This document shows, in pieces, positions 15,001 to 30,000 of a DNA stretch of 64,000 nt. This DNA comes from Eledone cirrhosa (lineage: Eukaryota): positions 270,196,001 to 270,260,000 of the forward strand of contig OZ024741.1 of NCBI GenBank assembly GCA_964016885.1, read 5' to 3'. The notes under the pieces were generated by a model that searched no databases, was not told the DNA's origin, and saw only the letters and a program-made list of their open reading frames with translations. Both the position numbers and the translations under genes were made by a program. How positions within the stretch are numbered: position 1 is the first letter of the stretch; each line of letters opens with the position of its first letter.

Positions 15001-18000
15001 TTTGTGTCTGTCTATAGGTAGTTAGTGTGAATGTGGCTGTCAGTATGTATGTGTCTGTCTATAGGTAGTTAGTGTGAATGTGGCTGTCAGTATGTATGTG
15101 TCTGTCTATAGGTAGTTAGTGTGAATGTGGCTGTCAGTATGTATGTGTCTATCTATAGGTAGTTAGTATGAATGTGGCTGTCAGTATTATGTGTCTGTCT
15201 ATAGGTAGTTAGTGTGAATGTGGCTGTCAGTATCTATGTGTCTGTCTATAGGTAGTTAGTGTGATTGTGGCTGTCAGTATGTATGTGTCTGTCTATAGGT
15301 AGTTAGTGTGAATGTGGCTGTCAGTATGTTTGTGTCTGTCTATAGGTAGTTAGTGTGAATGTGGCTGTCAGTATGTATGTGTCTGTCTATAGGTAGTTAC
15401 TGTGAATGTGGCTGTCAGTATGTATGTGTCTGTCTATAGGTAGTTAGTGTGAATGTGGCTGTCAGTATGTATGTGTCTATCTATAGGTAGTTAGTATGAA
15501 TGTGGCTGTCAGTATGTATGTGTCTGTCTATAGGTAGTTAGTGTGAATGTGGCTGTCAGTATGTATGTATCTGTCTATAGGTAGTTAGTGTGAATGTGGC
15601 TGTCAGTATGTATGTGTCTGTCTATAGGTAGTTAGTGTGAATGTGGCTGTCAGTATATATGTGTCTATCTATAGGTAGTTAGTGTGAATGTGGCTGTCAG
15701 TATGTATGTGTCTGTCTATAGGTAGTTAGTGTGAATGTGGCTGTCAGTATGTATGTGTCTGTCTATAGGTAGTTAGTGTGAATGTGGCTGTCAGTATGTT
15801 TGTGTCTGTCTATAGGTAGTTAGTGTGAATGTGGCTGTCAGTATGTATGTGTCTGTCTATAGGTAGTTAGTGTGAATGTGGCTGTCAGTATGTATGTGTC
15901 TATCTAGAGGTAGTTAGTATGAATGTGGCTGTCAGTATGTATGTGTCTGTCTATAGGTAGTTAGTGTGAATGTGGCTGTCAGTATGTATGTGTCTGTCTA
16001 TAGGTAGTTAGTGTGAATGTGGCTGTCAGTATGTATGTGTCTATCTATAGGTAGTTAGTATGAATGTGGCTGTCAGTATTATGTGTCTGTCTATAGGTAG
16101 TTAGTGTGAATGTGGCTGTCAGTATCTATGTGTCTGTCTATAGGTAGTTAGTGTGATTGTGGCTGTCAGTATGTATGTGTCTGTCTATAGGTAGTTAGTG
16201 TGAATGTGGCTGTCAGTATGTTTGTGTCTGTCTATAGGTAGTTAGTGTGAATGTGGCTGTCAGTATGTATGTGTCTGTCTATAGGTAGTTACTGTGAATG
16301 TGGCTGTCAGTATGTATGTGTCTCTCTATAGGTAGTTAGTGTGAATGTGGCTGTCAGTATGTATGTGTCTATCTATAGGTAGTTAGTATGAATGTGGCTG
16401 TCAGTATGTATGTGTCTGTCTATAGGTAGTTAGTGTGAATGTGGCTGTCAGTATGTATGTATCTGTCTATAGGTAGTTAGTGTGAATGTGGCTGTCAGTA
16501 TGTATGTGTCTGTCTATAGGTAGTTAGTGTGAATGTGGCTGTCAGTATATATGTGTCTATCTATAGGTAGTTAGTGTGAATGTGGCTGTCAGTATGTATG
16601 TGTCTGTCTATAGGTAGTTAGTGTGAATGTGGCTGTCAGTATGTATGTGTCTGTCTATAGGTAGTTAGTGTGAATGTGGCTGTCAATATGTATGTGTCTG
16701 TCTATAGGTAGTTAGTGTGAATGTGGCTGTCAGTATGTATGTGTCTGTCTATGGGTAGTTAGTGTGAATGTAGCTGTCAGTATGTATGTGTGTGTCTATA
16801 GATAGTTAGTGTGAATGTGGCTGTCAGTATGTATGTGTCTGTCTATAGGTAGTTAGTGTGAATGTGGCTGTCAGTATGTATGTGTCTGTCTATAGGTAGT
16901 TAGTGTGAATGTGGCTGTCAGTATGTATGTGTCTGTCTATAGGTAGTTAGTGTGAATGTGGCTGTCAGTATGTATGTGTCTGTCTATAGGTAGTTAGTGT
17001 GAATGTGGCTGTCAGTATGTATGTGTCTGTCTATAGGTAGTTAGTGTGAATGTGGCTGTCAGTATGTATGTGTCTATCTAGAGGTAGTTAGTATGAATGT
17101 GGCTGTCAGTATGTATGTGTCTGTCTATAGGTAGTTAGTGTGAATGTGGCTGTCAGTATCTATGTGTCTGTCTATAGGTAGTTAGTGTGATTGTGGCTGT
17201 CAGTATCTATGTGTCTGTCTATAGGTAGTTACTGTGAATGTGGCTGTCAGTATGTATGTGTCTGTCTATAGGTAGTTAGTGTGAATGTGGCTGTCAGTAT
17301 GTATGTGTCTATCTATAGGTAGTTAGTGTGAATGTGGCTGTCAGTATGTATGTGTCTGTCTATAGGTAGTTACTGTGAATGTGGCTGTCAGTATCTATGT
17401 GTCTGTCTATAGGTAGTTAGTGTGATTGTGGCTGTCAGTATCTATGTGTCTGTCTATAGGTAGTTACTGTGAATGTGGCTGTCAGTATGTATGTGTCTGT
17501 CTATAGGTAGTTAGTGTGAATGTGGCTGTCAGTATGTATGTGTCTGTCTATAGGTAGTTAGTGTGAATGTGGCTGTCAGTATGTATGTGTCTGTCTATAG
17601 GTAGTTACTGTGAATGTGGCTGTCAGTATGTATGTGTCTGTCTATAGGTAGTTAGTGTGAATGTGGCTGTCACTATGTATGTGTCTATCTATAGGTAGTT
17701 AGTATGAATGTGGCTGTCAGTATGTATGTGTCTGTCTATAGGTAGTTAGTGTGAATGTGGCTGTCAGTATGTATGTATCTGTCTATAGGTAGTTAGTGTG
17801 AATGTGGCTGTCAGTATGTATGTGTCTGTCTATAGGTAGTTAGTGTGAATGTGGCTGTCAGTATATATGTGTCTATCTATAGGTAGTTAGTGTGAATGTG
17901 GCTGTCAGTATGTATGTGTCTGTCTATAGGTAGTTAGTGTGAATGTGGCTGTCAGTATGTATGTGTCTGTCTATAGGTAGTTAGTGTGAATGTGGCTGTC

Positions 18001-21000
18001 AATATGTATGTGTCTGTCTATAGGTAGTTAGTGTGAATGTGGCTGTCAGTATGTATGTGTCTGTCTACGGGTAGTTAGTGTGAATGTGGCTGTCAGTATG
18101 TCTGTGTGTGTCTATAGATAGTTAGTGTGAATGTGACTGTCAGTATGTATGTGTCTGTCTATAGGTAGTTAGTGTGAATGTGGCTGTCAGTATGTATGTG
18201 TCTATCTAGAGGTAGTTAGTATGAATGTGGCTGTCAGTATGTATGTGTCTGTCTATAGGTAGTTAGTGTGAATGTGGCTGTCAGTATCTATGTGTCTGTC
18301 TATAGGTAGTTAGTGTGATTGTGGCTGTCAGTATGTATGTGTCTGTCTATAGGTAGTTAGTGTGGATGTGGCTGTCAGTATGTATGTGTCTGTCTATAGG
18401 TAGTTAGTGTGAATGTGGCTGTCAGTATCTATGTGTCTGTCTATAGGTAGTTAGTGTGAATGTGGCTGTCAGTATGTATGTGTCTGTCTATAGGTAGTTA
18501 GTGTGAATGTGGCTGTCAGTATGTATGTGTCTGTCTATAGGTAGTTAGTGTGAATGTGGCTGTCAGTATGTTTGTGTCTGTCTATAGGTAGTTAGTGTGA
18601 ATGTGGCTGTCAGTATGTATGTGTCTGTCTATAGGTAGTTAGTGTGAATGTGGCTGTCAGTATGTATGTGTCTGTCTATAGGTAGTTAGTGTGAATGTGG
18701 CTGTCAGTATGTATGTGTCTATCTATAGGTAGTTAGTATGAATGTGGCTGTCAGTATTATGTGTCTGTCTATAGGTAGTTAGTGTGAATGTGGCTGTCAG
18801 TATCTATGTGTCTGTCTATAGGTAGTTAGTGTGATTGTTGCTGTCAGTATGTATGTGTCTGTCTATAGGTAGTTAGTGTGAATGTGGCTGTCAGTATGTT
18901 TGTGTCTGTCTATAGGTAGTTAGTGTGAATGTGGCTGTCAGTATGTATGTGTCTGTCTATAGGTAGTTACTGTGAATGTGGCTGTCAATATGTATGTGTC
19001 TGTCTATAGGTAGTTAGTGTGAATGTGGCTGTCAGTATGTATGTGTCTATCTATAGGTAGTTAGTATGAATGTGGCTGTCAGTATGTATGTGTCTGTCTA
19101 TAGGTAGTTAGTTTGAATGTGGCTGTCAGTATGTATGTATCTGTCTATAGGTAGTTAGTGTGAATGTGGCTGTCAGTATGTATGTGTCTGTCTATAGGTA
19201 GTTAGTGTGAATGTGGCTGTCAGTATATATGTGTCTATCTATAGGTAGTTAGTGTGAATGTGGCTGTCAGTATTTATGTGTCTGTCTATAGGTAGTTAGT
19301 GTGAATGTGGCTGTCAATATGTATGTGTCTGTCTATAGGTAGTTAGTGTGAATGTGGCTGTCAGTATGTATGTGTCTGTCTACGGGTAGTTAGTGTGAAT
19401 GTGGCTGTCAGTATGTCTGTGTGTGTCTATAGATAGTTAGTGTGAATGTGACTGTCAGTATGTATGTGTCTGTCTATAGGTAGTTAGTGTGAATGTGGCT
19501 GTCAGTATGTATGTGTCTGTCTAGAGGTAGTTAGTGTGAATGTGGCTGTCAGTATGTATGTGTCTGTCTATAGGTAGTTAGTGTGAATGTGGCTGTCAGT
19601 ATTATGTGTCTGTCTATAGGTACTTAGTGTGAATGTGCCTGTCAGTATGTATGTGTCTGTCTATAGGTAGTTAGTGTGGATGTGGCTGTCAGTATGTATG
19701 TGTCTGTCTATAGGTAGTTAGTGTGAATGTGGCTGTCAGTAAGTATGTGTCTGTCTATAGGTAGTTAGTGTGAATGTGGCTGTCAATATGTATGTGTCTG
19801 TCTATAGGTAGTTACTGTGAATGTGGCTGTCAGTATGTATGTGTCTGTCTATAGGTAGTTAGTGAGAATGTGGCTGTCAGTATGTATGTGTCTGTCTATA
19901 GGTAGTTAGTGAGAATGTGGCTGTCAGTATGTATGTGTCTGTCTATATGTAGTTAGTGTGTATGTGGCTGTTAGTATGTATGTGTCTGTCTATAGATAGT
20001 TAGTGTGAATGCGGCTGTCTGTATGTATGTGTCTGTCTATAGGTAGTTAGTGTGAATGTGGCTGTCAGTATGTATGTGTCTGTCTATAGGTAGTTAGTGT
20101 GAATGTGGCTGTTAGTATATATGTGTCTATCTATAGGTAGTTAGTGTGAATGTGGCTGTCAGTATGTATGTGTCAGTCTATAGGTAGTTAGTGTGAATGT
20201 GGCTGTCAGTATGTATGTGTCTGTCTATAGGTAGTTAGTGTGAATGTGGCTGTCAGTATGTATGTGTCTGTCTATAGGTAGTTAGTGTGAATGTGGCTGT
20301 CAGTATGTATGTGTCTGTCTATAGGTAGTTAGTGTGAATGTGTCTGTCAGTATGTATGTTTCTGTCTATAGGTAGTTAGTGTGAATGTGGCTGTCAGTAT
20401 GTATGTGTCTGTCTAGAGGTAGTTAGTGTGAATGTGGCTGTCAGTATGTATGTGTCTGTCTATAGGTAGTTAGTGTGAATGTGGCTGTCAATATGTATGT
20501 GTCTGTCTATAGGTAGTTAGTGTGAATTTGGCTGTCAGTATGTATGTGTCTGTCTATGGGTAGTTAGTGTGAATGTGGCTGTCAGTATGTATGTGTCTGT
20601 CTATAGATAGTTAGTGTGAATGTGGCTGTTAGTATGTATCTGTCTGTCTATAGGTAGTTAGTGTGAATGTGGCTGTCAGTATGTATGTGTCTGACTATAG
20701 GTAGTTAGTGTGAATGTGGCTGTCAGTATATATGTGTCTATCTATAGGTAGTTAGTGTGAATGTGGCTGTCAGTATGTATGTGTCTGTCTATAGGTAGTT
20801 AGTGTGAATGTGGCTGTCAGTATGTATGTGTCTGTCTATAGGTAGTTAGTGTGAATGTGGCTGTCAGTATGTATGTGTCTGTCTATAGGTAGTTAGTGTG
20901 AATGTGTCTGTCAGTATGTATGTTTCTGTCTATAGGTAGTTAGTGTGAATGTGGCTGTCAGTATCTATGTGTCTGTCTATAGGTAGTTAGTGTGAATGTG

Positions 21001-24000
21001 GCTGTCAGTATGTATGTGTCTGTCTATAGGTAGTTAGTGTGAATGTGGCTGTCAATATGTATGTGTCTGTCTATAGGTAGTTAGTGTGAATGTGGCTGTC
21101 AGTATGTATGTGTCTGTCTATGGGTAGTTAGTGTGAATGTGGCTGTCAGTATGTATGTGTCTGTCTATAGATAGTTAGTGTGAATGTGGCTGTCAGTATG
21201 TATGTGTCTGTCTATAGGTAGTTAGTGTGAATGTGGCTGTCAGTATGTATGTGTCTGTCTATAGGTAGTTAGTGTGAATGTGGCTGTCAGTATGTATGTG
21301 TCTGTCTATAGGTAGTTAGTGTGAATGTGGCTGTCAGTATGTATGTGTCTGTCTAGAGGTAGTTAGTGTGAATGTGGCTGTCAGTATGTATGTGTCTGTC
21401 TATAGGTAGTTAGTGTGAATGTGGCTGTTAGTATGTATGTGTCTGTCTATAGGTAGTTAGTGTGAATGTGGCTGTCAGTATGTATGTGTCTGTCTATAGG
21501 TAGTTAGTGTGAATGTGGCTGTTAGTATGTATGTGTCTGTCTATAGGTAGTTAGTGTGAATGTGGCTGTCAGTAAGTATGTGTCTGTCTATAGGTAGTTA
21601 GTGTTAATGTGGCTGTTAGTATGTATGTGTCTGTCTATAGGTAGTTAGTGTGAATGTGGCTGTCAGTATGTATGTGTCTGTCTATAGGTAGTTAGTGTGA
21701 ATGTGTCTGTCAGTATGTATGTGTCTGTCTATAGGTAGTTAGTGTGAATGTGGCTGTCAGTATCTATGTGTCTGTCTATAGATAGTTAGTGTGATTGTGG
21801 CTGTCAGTATGTATGTGTCTGTCTATAGGTAGTTAGTGTGAATGTGGCTGTCAGTATGTATGTGTCTGTCTATAGGTAGTTAGTGTGAATGTGGCTGTCA
21901 GTATGTTTGTGTCTGTCTATAGGTAGTTAGTGTGAATGTGGCTGTCAGTAAGTATGTGTCTGTCTATAGGTAGTTAGTGTGAATGTGGCTGTCAGTAAGT
22001 ATGTGTCTGTCTATAGGTAGTTAGTGTGAATGTGGCTGTCAATATGTATGTGTCTGTCTATAGGTAGTTACTGTGAATGTGGCTGTCAGTATGTATGTGT
22101 CTGTCTATAGGTAGTTAGTGTGAATGTGGCTGTCAGTATGTATGTGTCTGTCTATAGGTAGTTAGTGAGAATGTGGCTGTCAGTATGTATGTGTCTGTCT
22201 ATAGATTGTTAGTGTGAATGCGGCTGTCTGTATGTATGTGTCTGTCTATAGGTAGTTAGTGTGAATGTGGCTGTCAGTATGTATGTGTCTGTCTATAGGT
22301 AGTTAGTGTGAATGTGGCTGTTAGTATATATGTGTCTATCTATAGGTAGTTAGTGTGAATGTGGCTGTCAGTATGTATGTGTCAGTCTATAGGTAGTTAG
22401 TGTGAATGTGGCTGTCAGTATGTATGTGTCTGTCTATAGGTAGTTAGTGTGAATGTGGCTGTCAGTATGTATGTGTCTGTCTATAGGTAGTTAGTGTGAA
22501 TGTGGCTGTCAGTATGTATGTGTCTGTCTATAGGTAGTTAGTGTGAATGTGTCTGTCAGTATGTATGTTTCTGTCTATAGGTAGTTAGTGTGAATGTGGC
22601 TGTCAGTATGTATGTGTCTGTCTAGAGGTAGTTAGTGTGAATGTGGCTGTCAGTATGTATGTGTCTGTCTATAGGTAGTTAGTGTGAATGTGGCTGTCAA
22701 TATGTATGTGTCTGTCTATAGGTAGTTAGTGTGAATTTGGCTGTCAGTATGTATGTGTCTGTCTATGGGTAGTTAGTGTGAATGTGGCTGTCAGTATGTA
22801 TGTGTCTGTCTATAGATAGTTAGTGTGAATGTGGCTGTTAGTATGTATCTGTCTGTCTATAGGTAGTTAGTGTGAATGTGGCTGTCAGTATGTATGTGTC
22901 TGACTATAGGTAGTTAGTGTGAATGTGGCTGTCAGTATATATGTGTCTATCTATAGGTAGTTAGTGTGAATGTGGCTGTCAGTATGTATGTGTCTGTCTA
23001 TAGGTAGTTAGTGTGAATGTGGCTGTCAGTATGTATGTGTCTGTCTATAGGTAGTTAGTGTGAATGTGGCTGTCAGTATGTATGTGTCTGTCTATAGGTA
23101 GTTAGTGTGAATGTGTCTGTCAGTATGTATGTTTCTGTCTATAGGTAGTTAGTGTGAATGTGGCTGTCAGTATCTATGTGTCTGTCTAGAGGTAGTTAGT
23201 GTGAATGTGGCTGTCAGTATGTATGTGTCTGTCTATAGGTAGTTAGTGTGAATGTGGCTGTCAATATGTATGTGTCTGTCTATAGGTAGTTAGTGTGAAT
23301 GTGGCTGTCAGTATGTATGTGTCTGTCTATGGGTAGTTAGTGTGAATGTGGCTGTCAGTATGTATGTGTCTGTCTATAGATAGTTAGTGTGAATGTGGCT
23401 GTCAGTATGTATGTGTCTGTCTATAGGTAGTTAGTGTGAATGTGGCTGTCAGTATGTATGTGTCTGTCTATAGGTAGTTAGTGTGAATGTGGCTGTCAGT
23501 ATGTATGTGTCTGTCTATAGGTAGTTAGTGTGAATGTGGCTGTCAGTATGTATGTGTCTGTCTAGAGGTAGTTAGTGTGAATGTGGCTGTCAGTATGTAT
23601 GTGTCTGTCTATAGGTAGTTAGTGTGAATGTGGCTGTTAGTATGTATGTGTCTGTCTATAGGTAGTTAGTGTGAATGTGGCTGTCAGTATGTATGTGTCT
23701 GTCTATAGGTAGTTAGTGTGAATGTGGCTGTTAGTATGTATGTGTCTGTCTATAGGTAGTTAGTGTGAATGTGGCTGTCAGTAAGTATGTGTCTGTCTAT
23801 AGGTAGTTAGTGTTAATGTGGCTGTTAGTATGTATGTGTCTGTCTATAGGTAGTTAGTGTGAATGTGGCTGTCAGTATGTATGTGTCTGTCTATAGGTAG
23901 TTAGTGTGAATGTGTCTGTCAGTATGTATGTGTCTGTCTAGAGGTAGTTAGTGTGAATGTGGCTGTCAGTATCTATGTGTCTGTCTATAGATAGTTAGTG

Positions 24001-27000
24001 TGATTGTGGCTGTCAGTATGTATGTGTCTGTCTATAGGTAGTTAGTGTGAATGTGGCTGTCAGTATGTATGTGTCTGTCTATAGGTAGTTAGTGTGAATG
24101 TGGCTGTCAGTATGTTTGTGTCTGTCTATAGGTAGTTAGTGTGAATGTGGCTGTCAGTATGTATGTGTCTGTCTATAGGTAGTTACTGTGAATGTGGCTG
24201 TCAGTATGTATGTGTCTATCTGTAGGTAGTTAGTATGAATGTGGCTGTCAGTATGTATGTGTCTGTCTATAGGTAGTTAGTGTGAATGTGGCTGTCAGTA
24301 TGTATGTATCTGTCTATAGGTAGTTAGTGTGAATGTGGCTGTCAGTATGTATGTGTCTGTCTATAGGTAGTTAGTGTGAATGTGGCTGTCAGTATATATG
24401 TGTCTATATATAGGTAGTTAGTGTGAATGTGGCTGTCAGTATGTATGTGTCTGTCTATAGGTAGTTAGTGTGAATGTGGCTGTCAGTATGTATGTGTCTG
24501 TCTATAGGTAGTTAGTGTGAATGTGGCTGTCAATATGTATGTGTCTGTCTATAGGTAGTTAGTGTGAATGTGGCTGTCAGTATGTATGTGTCTGTCTAGA
24601 GGTAGTTAGTGTGAATGTGGCTGTCGGTATGTATGTGTCTGTCTATAGGTACTTAGTGTGAATGTGGCTGTCAGTATGTATGTGTCTGTCTATAGGTAGT
24701 TAGTGTGGACGTGGCTGTCAGTATGTATGTGTCTGTCTATAGGTAGTTAGTGTGAATGTGGCTGTTAGTATGTATGTGTCTGTCTATAGGTAGTTAGTGT
24801 GAATGTGGCTGTCAGTAAGTATGTGTCTGTCTATAGGTAGTTAGTGTGAATGTGGCTGTCAATATGTATGTGTCTGTCTATAGGTAGTTACTGGGAATGT
24901 GGCTGTCAGTATGTATGTGTCTGTTTATAGGTAGTTAGTGTGAATGTGGCTGTCAGTATGTATGTGTCTGTCTATAGGTAGTTAGTGTGAATGTGGCTGT
25001 CAGTATGTATGTGTCTGTCTATAGGTAGTTAGTGTGAATGCGGCTGTCTGTATGTATGTGTCTGTCTATAGGTAGTTAGTGTGAATGTGGCTGTCAGTAT
25101 GTATGTGTCTGTCTATAGGTAGTTAGTGTGAATGTGGCTGTCAGTATATATGTGTCTATCTATAGGTAGTTAGTGTGAATGTGGCTGTCAGTATGTATGT
25201 GTCTGTCTATAGGTAGTTAGTGTGAATGTGGCTGTCAGTATGTATGTGTCTGTCTATAGGTAGTTAGTGTGAATGTGGCTGTCAGTATGTATGTGTCTGT
25301 CTATAGGTAGTTAGTGTGAATGTGGCTGTCAGTATGTATGTGTCTGTCTATAGGTAGTTAGTGTGAATGTGTCTGTCAGTATGTATGTTTCTGTCTATAG
25401 GTAGTTAGTGTGAATGTGGCTGTCAGTATGTATGTGTCTGTCTAGAGGTAGTTAGTGTGAATGTGGCTGTCAGTATGTATGTGTCTGTCTATAGGTAGTT
25501 AGTTTTAATGTGGCTGTCAATATGTATGTGTCTGTCTATAGGTAGTTAGTGTGAATGTGGCTGTCAGTATGTATATGTCTGTCTATGGGTAGTTAGTGTG
25601 AATGTGGCTGTCAGTATGTATGTGTCTGTCTATAGATAGTTAGTGTGAATGTGGCTGTCAGTATGTATGTGTCTGTCTATAGGTAGTTAGTGTGAATGTG
25701 GCTGTCAGTATGTATGTGTCTGTCTATAGGTAGTTAGTGTGAATGTGGCTGTCAGTATGTATGTGTCTGTCTATAGGTAGTTAGTGTGAATGTGGCTGTC
25801 AGTATGTATGTGTCTGTCTAGAGGTAGTTAGTGTGAATGTGGCTGTCAGTATGTATGTGTCTGTCTATAGGTAGTTAGTGTGAATGTGGCTGTTAGTATG
25901 TATGTGTCTGTCTATAGGTAGTTAGTGTGAATGTGGCTGTCAGTATGTATGTGTCTGTCTATAGATAGTTAGTGTGAATGTGGCTGTCAGTATGTATGTG
26001 TCTGTCTATAGGTAGTTAGTGTGAATGTGGCTGTCAGTATCTATGTGTCTGTCTATAGGTAGTTAGTGTGATTGTGGCTGTCAGTATGTATGTGTCTGTC
26101 TATAGGTAGTTAGTGTGAATGTGGCTGTCAGTATGTATGTGTCTGTCTATAGGTAGTTACTATGAATGTGGCTGTCAGTATGTATGTGTCTGTCTATAGG
26201 TAGTTAGTGTGAATGTGGCTGTCAGTATGTATGTGTCTGTCTATAGGTAGTTAGTGTGAATGTGGCTATCAGTATGTATGTATCTGTCTATAGGTAGTTA
26301 GTGTGAATGTGGCTGTCAGTATGTATGTGTCTGTCTATAGGTAGTTAGTGTGAATGTGGCTGTCAGTATATATGTGTCTATCTATAGGTAGTTAGTGTGA
26401 ATGTGGCTGTCAGTATGTATGTGTCTGTCTATAGGTAGTTAGTGTGAATGTGGCTGTCAGTATGTATGTGTCTGTCTATAGGTAGTTAGTGTGAATGTGG
26501 CTGTCAATATGTATGTGTCTGTCTATAGGTAGTTAGTGTGAATGTGGCTGTCAGTATGTATGTGTCTGTCTATGGGTAGTTAGTGTGAATGTGGCTGTCA
26601 GTATGTATGTGTCTGTCTATAGATAGTTAGTGTGAATGTGGCTGTCAGTATGTATGTGTCTGTCTATAGGTAGTTAGTGTGAATGTGGCTGTCAGTATGT
26701 ATGTGTCTGTCTAGAGGTAGTTAGTGTGAATGTGGCTGTCAGTATGTATGTGTCTGTGTATAGGTAGTTAGTGTGAATGTGGCTGTCAGTATGTATGTGT
26801 CTGTCTATAGGTACTTAGTGTGAATGTGGCTGTCAGTATGTATGTGTCTGTCTATAGGTAGTTAGTGTGGATGTGGCTGTCAGTATGTATGTGTCTGTCT
26901 ATAGGTAGTTAGTGTGAATGTGGCTGTTAGTATGTATGTGTCTGTCTATAGGTAGTTAGTGTGAATGTGGCTGTCAGTAAGTATGTGTCTGTCTATAGGT

Positions 27001-30000
27001 AGTTAGTGTGAATGTGGCTGTAAATATGTATGTGTCTGTCTATAGGTAGTTACTGTGAATGTGGCTGTCAGTATGTATGTGTCTGTCTATAGGTAGTTAG
27101 TGTGAATGTGGCTGTCAGTATGTATGTGTCTGTCTATAGGTAGTTAGTGTGAATGTGGCTGTCAGTATGTATGTGTCTGTCTATAGGTAGTTAGTGTGAA
27201 TGCGGCTGTCTGTATGTATGTGTCTGTCTATAGGTAGTTAGTGTGAATGTGGCTGTCAGTATATATGTGTCTATCTATAGGTAGTTAGTGTGAATGTGGC
27301 TGTCAGTATGTATGTGTCTGTCTATAGGTAGTTAGTGTGAATGTGGCTGTCAGTATGTATGTGTCTGTCTATAGGTAGTTAGTGTGAATGTGGCTGTCAG
27401 TATGTATGTGTCTGTCTATAGGTAGTTAGTGTGAATGTGGCTGTCAGTATGTATGTGTCTGTCTATAGGTAGTTAGTGTGAATGTGTCTGTCAGTATGTA
27501 TGTTTCTGTCTATAGGTAGTTAGTGTGAATGTGGCTGTCAGTATGTATGTGTCTGTCTAGAGGTAGTTAGTGTGAATGTGGCTGTCAGTATGTATGTGTC
27601 TGTCTATAGGTAGTTAGTGTGAATGTGGCTGTCAATATGTATGTGTCTTTCTATAGGTAGTTAGTGTGAATGTGGCTGTCAGTATGTATGTGTCTGTCTA
27701 TGGGTAGTTAGTGTGAATGTGGCTGTCAGTATGTATGTGTCTGTCTATAGATAGTTAGTGTGAATGTGGCTGTCAGTATGTATCTGTCTGTCTATAGGTA
27801 GTTAGTGTGAATGTGGCTGTCAGTATGTATGTGTCTGTCTATAGGTAGTTAGTGTGAATGTGGCTGTCAGTATGTATGTGTCTGTCTATAGGTAGTTAGT
27901 GTGAATGTGGCTGTCAGTATGTATGTGTCTGTCTATAGATAGTTAGTGTGAATGTGGCTGTCAGTATGTATGTGTCTGTCTATACATAGTTAGTGTGAAT
28001 GTGGCTGTCAGTATGTATGTGTCTGTGTATAGGTAGTTAGTGTGAATGTGTCTGTCAGTATGTATGTTTCTGTCTATAGGTAGTTAGTGTGAATGTGGCT
28101 GTCAGTATGTATGTGTCTGTCTAGAGGTAGTTAGTGTGAATGTGGCTGTCAATATGTATGTGTCTGTCTATAGGTAGTTAGTGTGAATGTGGCTGTCAGT
28201 ATGTATGTGTCTCTCTATGGGTAGTTAGTGTGAATGTGGCTGTCAGTATGTATGTGTCTGTCTATAGATAGTTAGTGTGAATGTGGCTGTCAGTATGTAT
28301 GTGTCTGTCTATAGGTAGTTAGTGTGAATGTGGCTGTCAGTATGTATGTGTCTGTCTATAGGTAGTTAGTGTGAATGTGGCTGTCAGTATGTATGTGTCT
28401 GTCTATAGGTAGTTAGTGTGAATGTGGCTGTCAGCATGTATGTGTCTGTCTATAGGTAGTTAGTGTGAATGTGGCTGTCAGTATGTATGTGTCTGTCTAG
28501 AAGTAGTTAGTGTGAATGTGGCTGTCAGTATGTATGTGTCTGTCTATAGGTAGTTAGTGTGAATGTGGCTGTTAGTATGTATGTGTCTGTCTATAGGTAG
28601 TTAGTGTGAATGTGGCTGTCAGTATGTATGTGTCTGTCTAGAGGTAGTTAGTGTGAATGTGGCTGTCAGTATGTATGTGTCTGTCTATAGGTAGTTAGTG
28701 TGAATGTGGCTGTCAGTATGTATGTGTCTGTCTATAGGTACTTGGTGTGAATGTGGCTGCCAGTATGTATGTGTCTGTCTATAGGTAGTTAGTGTGAATG
28801 TGGCTGTCAGTATGTATGTGTCTCTCTATTCATACTTAGTGTGAATGTGGCTGTCAGTATGTATGTGTCTGTCTATAGGTAGTTAGTGTGAATGTGGCTG
28901 TCAGTATGTATGTGTCTGTCTATAGGTAGTTAGTGTGAATGTGGCTGTCAGTATGTATGTGTCTGTCTATAGGTAGTTACTGTGAATGTGGCTGTCAGTA
29001 TGTATGTGTCTGTCTATAGGTAGTTAGTGTGAATGTGGCTGTCAGTATGTATGTGTCTATCTATAGGTAGTTAGTATGAATGTGGCTGTCAGTATGTATG
29101 TGTCTGTCTATAGGTAGTTAGTGTGAATGTGGCTGTCAGTAAGTATGTGTCTGTCTATAGGTAGTTAGTGTGAATGTGGCTGTAAATATGTATGTGTCTG
29201 TCTATAGGTAGTTACTGTGAATGTGGCTGTCAGTATGTATGTGTCTGTCTATAGGTAGTTAGTGTGAATGTGGCTGTCAGTATGTATGTGTCTGTCTATA
29301 GGTAGTTAGTGTGAATGTGGCTGTCAGTATGTATGTGTCTGTCTATAGGTAGTTAGTGTGAATGCGGCTGTCTGTATGTATGTGTCTGTCTATAGGTAGT
29401 TAGTGTGAATGTGGCTGTCAGTATGTATGTGTCTGTCTATAGGTAGTTAGTGTGAATGTGGCTGTCAGTATATATGTGTCTATCTATAGGTAGTTAGTGT
29501 GAATGTGGCTGTCAGTATGTATGTGTCTGTCTATAGGTAGTTAGTGTGAATGTGGCTGTCAGTATGTATGTGTCTGTCTATAGGTAGTTAGTGTGAATGT
29601 GGCTGTCAGTATGTATGTGTCTGTCTATAGGTAGTTAGTGTGAATGTGGCTGTCAGTATGTATGTGTCTGTCTATAGGTAGTTAGTGTGAATGTGTCTGT
29701 CAGTATGTATGTTTCTGTCTATAGGTAGTTAGTGTGAATGTGGCTGTCAGTATGTATGTGTCTGTCTAGAGGTAGTTAGTGTGAATGTGGCTGTCAGTAT
29801 GTATGTGTCTGTCTATAGGTAGTTAGTGTGAATGTGGCTGTCAGTATGTATGTGTCTGTCTATAGGTAGTTAGTGTGAATGTGGCTGTCAGTATGTATGT
29901 GTCTGTCTATAGGTAGTTAGTGTGAATGTGGCTGTCAGTATGTATGTGTCTGTCTAGAAGTAGTTAGTGTGAATGTGGCTGTCAGTATGTATGTGTCTGT

